Origin: Owenia fusiformis
Lineage: Eukaryota
Length of the DNA stretch: 64,000 nt
Assembly: GCA_903813345.2 (NCBI GenBank)
Contig: CAIIXF020000001.1
Coordinates: 13,392,001 to 13,456,000 of the forward strand
Direction of reading: 5' to 3'
Within the stretch, counting starts at the first letter, position 1. Each line of letters opens with the position of its first letter. Under the pieces are notes generated by a model. It was not told the origin of the DNA and searched no databases. It worked only from the letters and a program-made list of their open reading frames with translations. The position numbers were made by a program, and so were the translations under genes. Positions 60,520 through 64,000 of this stretch are shown here, piece after piece.

Positions 60520-61738
60520 ATGTTTCTGTTGAAAAAGATGTTCAATGGCGAAGAGAAGATTAAGAAAGGTGAACAGGTCAAGATGGAGGACTCAAGGATT
60601 AAACTTCTCTGCAAGTTTGGCAAGAAAGGATCGGGGAAAGGATGTATGAACATGCCCAGTGATGTTGCCATTAATTCAGAAGGTATGACATTCGGTTTTT
60701 TATTCAAATAAAACTATAATGATGAACTATGTAATAAGATAAATAAATGTAGTTAAATCAATAAACCCACGAATGAAATGAATCATTAATCAATGAATCA
60801 ACCAATCAGTCAATCACACAGAGAATCGAACTTAAAGATTAACCATTTAAAAAAGTAATATTACACATATACATGTACCCTGGCATCATGCATTGATGTA
60901 TAATATTGATGTAATTTCAGGGGACATCATTGTCGTTGACTCGGACAATCACAAAATACAAGTCTATTCTAACGATGGCCATTTTAAGATCCAATTTGGA
61001 GGAAAAGGCACGTCTCCACATCAATTAATTCATCCCATGTGTGTCACCATAGCAATGGATGATATAATCGCAGTTACGGACAGCGTAAACGGATGCGTTA
61101 AGCAGTTTCATTTAGACAATGGATTTCATCGCCAATTGTGCTCAAATAATACATTTCCATTTCCATATGGAATAGCTTTTTCTAATGTTGGCGTGTACGC
61201 TGTCACTGATATATGCAAACACTGTGTAACTATTCTCAATAGAGATGGAAGACAACAATCAAGATTTGGTTGCTATGGCAATGAATCTTACGAGTTTGAT
61301 CATCCATATCACGTAACAATCACGCTTGACCAGCAAGTGGTGGTGTCTGATACTGGCAATAGTTCTATCAAGATATTCACCCTATCAGGCACCATATTGA
61401 AGATATTCACTTCCACGGATTTTCGCTTGTTTGGTGAAGAGTTCATTTACCTGCAGGGATTATGCTGTGACACTGACAATAACGTCCTTGTCGTTGGTAA
61501 CAACACTGTCTTCGTTATCGCCAAAAATGGAAGATTCTGGGAGGTGCTTCTACCCCAAGATGGTCTCCACTCCCCCAAGGGCATTTGTTACTCAACCCTT
61601 GGACAGCTTATCGTTTCTCAAGCTGGTTTTGGACAGAAACACGAGGTATCTGTTTTCAAGTACCACAAAGAGGACTATCGATCACTGAGACGCATACCAT
61701 TGTCATCAGTTCAACCATCTAATCGATCAAGCATATGA
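60520..61738 (+). CDS. Stand-alone NHL-repeat (beta-propeller) protein related to the TRIM2/3/71 NHL domain, 2 coding exons, ~326 aa
   Basis: Exons 60520-60682 and 60921-61738 (phase 1). Repeats FGKKGSGKGCMNMPSDVAINSEGDIIVVDSDNHKIQVY, FGGKG..HPMCV, FPYGIA, FDHPYHV..VSDTGN, SPKGI. An in-frame TAG at 60508 lies upstream of the ATG. Confidence 0.88.
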
Positions 61739-62660
61739 ATTGGTGTTATATTGTGTACAATAAATGTGTTGTATACAATGTGTCACGTAGTCAAAACAAT
61801 ACGTGCAGTATTATATTTAAATTGCCAAAATAATATTCATGCAGCACTGTCTTTATGACTGAAATCAGTCAATTCAAATACGTCAATTCATAGAATTATT
61901 ATTGTATTAAGGCTATCAAGGGACAGTCAATACCATTAAAATTCCGTTAATAATACCTTAACACTGTAAAGATGGTGCTACAATATACAGATGTGCTAAT
62001 AAAGACGTTTGTAACATGATTTCACTTTATTTTGAACTAAAGAAAATGTCCAGCTTAAAACATACCATTTGAAAGCCAACCCATCCTCGCTCATGTCGTT
62101 GACCAATTGGTAATTATGTAATCAACAGCACAGCACTATGCAGTCTTTGCTAGCCCCCTCCCCTACATAACTTCGCCAGCTGAGACCCTTTGGATGGCAT
62201 GTTCGTGTTTTGTTCACATTTGAATCATGGGTTGTCCCCTTTGCCAAATCCTTACTAGATGGTAGCCGAACGTATACAATGTTATAATTCTTTGATTTAT
62301 TGAGTATTGATGTTTTTAGTTGTTTCAAGATAAATAGGAATTTTCATGTAACTATTCATTCACAACATAAAATAAATAACAAGGTGAAACGTTCACACAC
62401 AGAATGAATCGAATCACCTTTCAAAGTCACATCGGCCTCAATTGACTTTTATTTACAAATATTTTCATCTCCATAAAATGCTACGAAGCGTATAGTATAT
62501 CCCCGGGAGTATAACTATCTAAAAGACAGCTAAACATTAGCAAATGATTTGATAACTTAACCCCTATAGTAGTTGACGACCTGTGCGATTCCAGAGAGGA
62601 CTGGTACTTCTAAATGGTGAACGATCTCGGACTGTTGAGCTAAATTGAACAGAGATAGAG

Positions 62661-62727
62661 ATGACTAATGATAATGTAAACGCAATGGACTCTACTGGTT
62701 TGCGAAATGGCCAAGAAAAAACACACG
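62661..62727 (+). CDS. Possible first coding exon of a downstream gene (MTNDNVNAMDSTGLRNGQEKTH)
   Basis: ATG in a CpG-retaining region followed by a consensus donor ACG|GTAAGT; no homology recognised. Confidence 0.3.
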
Positions 62728-64000
62728 GTAAGTAAGGTTTTCTGAGGAGTAAATAAAAGTATATTAATATGTAAGAATTAATCAGCCGGTATTCTAGGCT
62801 TATGGTGTAACTCGTAAACACTTCGAGGATAAATATAACGACACGCCTCCATCTTGTTAAGACTGCCTATTTGATCATAGTGAAAAATGCACTTATCGTG
62901 TTTATGAATCCCTTATGTTTATAACTGATAAAGTTTGTGTACTACTTAATAATTTGTCGTGCAGCTCTATCAGTTCATCCTTGGTCCAAGGGTATTTCAC
63001 TTCTTTCCATAAAGCATAAATGAAGTCCTTTGAAGAAGGATGTATCAGTTCATTGAGCCACTTACTATCCAATCCACATTATAATAAAGAAATTTAGAGT
63101 AGAAAATGTTTCATTTTCGGTAAAAATAATATTATAATTGATCGATGAAATGCACATTTCTAAACGTATAAGTACGCCTTTCTGCGACACACAAAATTTC
63201 AATTCACTTATCTATTTCAATGTTCTCATAGTTGTATGTTTCAAACTTGTACAGATTTATGCATGAACAGAAGTTATGCTTTCACATGAGCGAAAACTCT
63301 CTATTCTAGTTTAGACATAATTATTCACGAGGGGAAAGAGTACCCGTGTATATACAACCTACCGCCGAGCAAGACACGCACATACCGCCGAGCAAATGTT
63401 TGATAATGTCATCTCGTAGGAAAATGGACAGTAAAGGTAATAAAATGTCACTAACAATTTCTTTGGATGGTTAGAGTTGTTACTAAGATGTTCTAGCAGG
63501 CGCAATTGGCCTAGAATTATAGTTGAAATATATTTTTATGTCCAAATTAAGAGATAAGGTAAACGTATAATGGTTTTCGATTTGTTTTTCTCATTCATAC
63601 TCGCTTTAATTGATAATGAGCCATACATAAGACATACTTGGGTCGGTAAATGGATGTGCATATGCATAATATATTAAGTGTCAAAATATTAGGTCAAAAT
63701 AGCACTTTTGAACAGCAAAATCTTCACTTAAACTTTGTCCTAAAAGATCCGAGGTTATCGGACATCGGACCCGATGTGATCGACGAGTAATATTATAAAG
63801 ATCCGAAAATATCTTGAGTAAAGGATCTCAGAATCCGAACATTACTTGAGTAAAATCTGTTGAAATCCGATTATATCGTCGAGTTTATGACGTGCTGATG
63901 AAAAAATAATAAACATACAATCTGCATCATTCATGTGAATCATTTTGTTGTGAACAATAAATGAAACTGAAAAAAATATGGCTATCACCAGTTACCACTG

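Overview
AT-rich, intron-rich animal genomic DNA, probably a marine invertebrate (repeat families resemble those of molluscs and annelids; the organism cannot be fixed from the sequence). By reading GT-AG splice sites and checking phase I reconstructed five spliced genes. (1) A complete ENOSF1 (L-fuconate dehydratase-type enolase) on the minus strand, 360-16379. It has two homologous, phase-matched copies of exon 2 that look mutually exclusive and differ at a substrate-loop residue. (2) A ~2085-aa minus-strand gene, 21543-35494, with a ZNF292/RLF/ZNF654-like N-terminus, a 5.2-kb exon, a coding minisatellite and four C2HC-type fingers. (3, 4) A tandem pair of RhoBTB (RacA-type) genes, 37375-42013 and 45643-51153. 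One has a canonical Rac-like G domain; the other has a rewired P-loop and switch II plus an apparent gene-conversion patch. (5) A stand-alone NHL-repeat gene, 60520-61738. Intron 1 of ENOSF1 holds an 8.5-kb TIR element with a perfect 9-bp target-site duplication. It carries a satellite, nested Tc1/mariner MITEs, a Helentron-type element and exon-like antisense segments. Also present: a 5'-truncated LINE, two Helentron-associated (HINE-like) families and many MITEs. All gene models are manual and unverified by transcript data.
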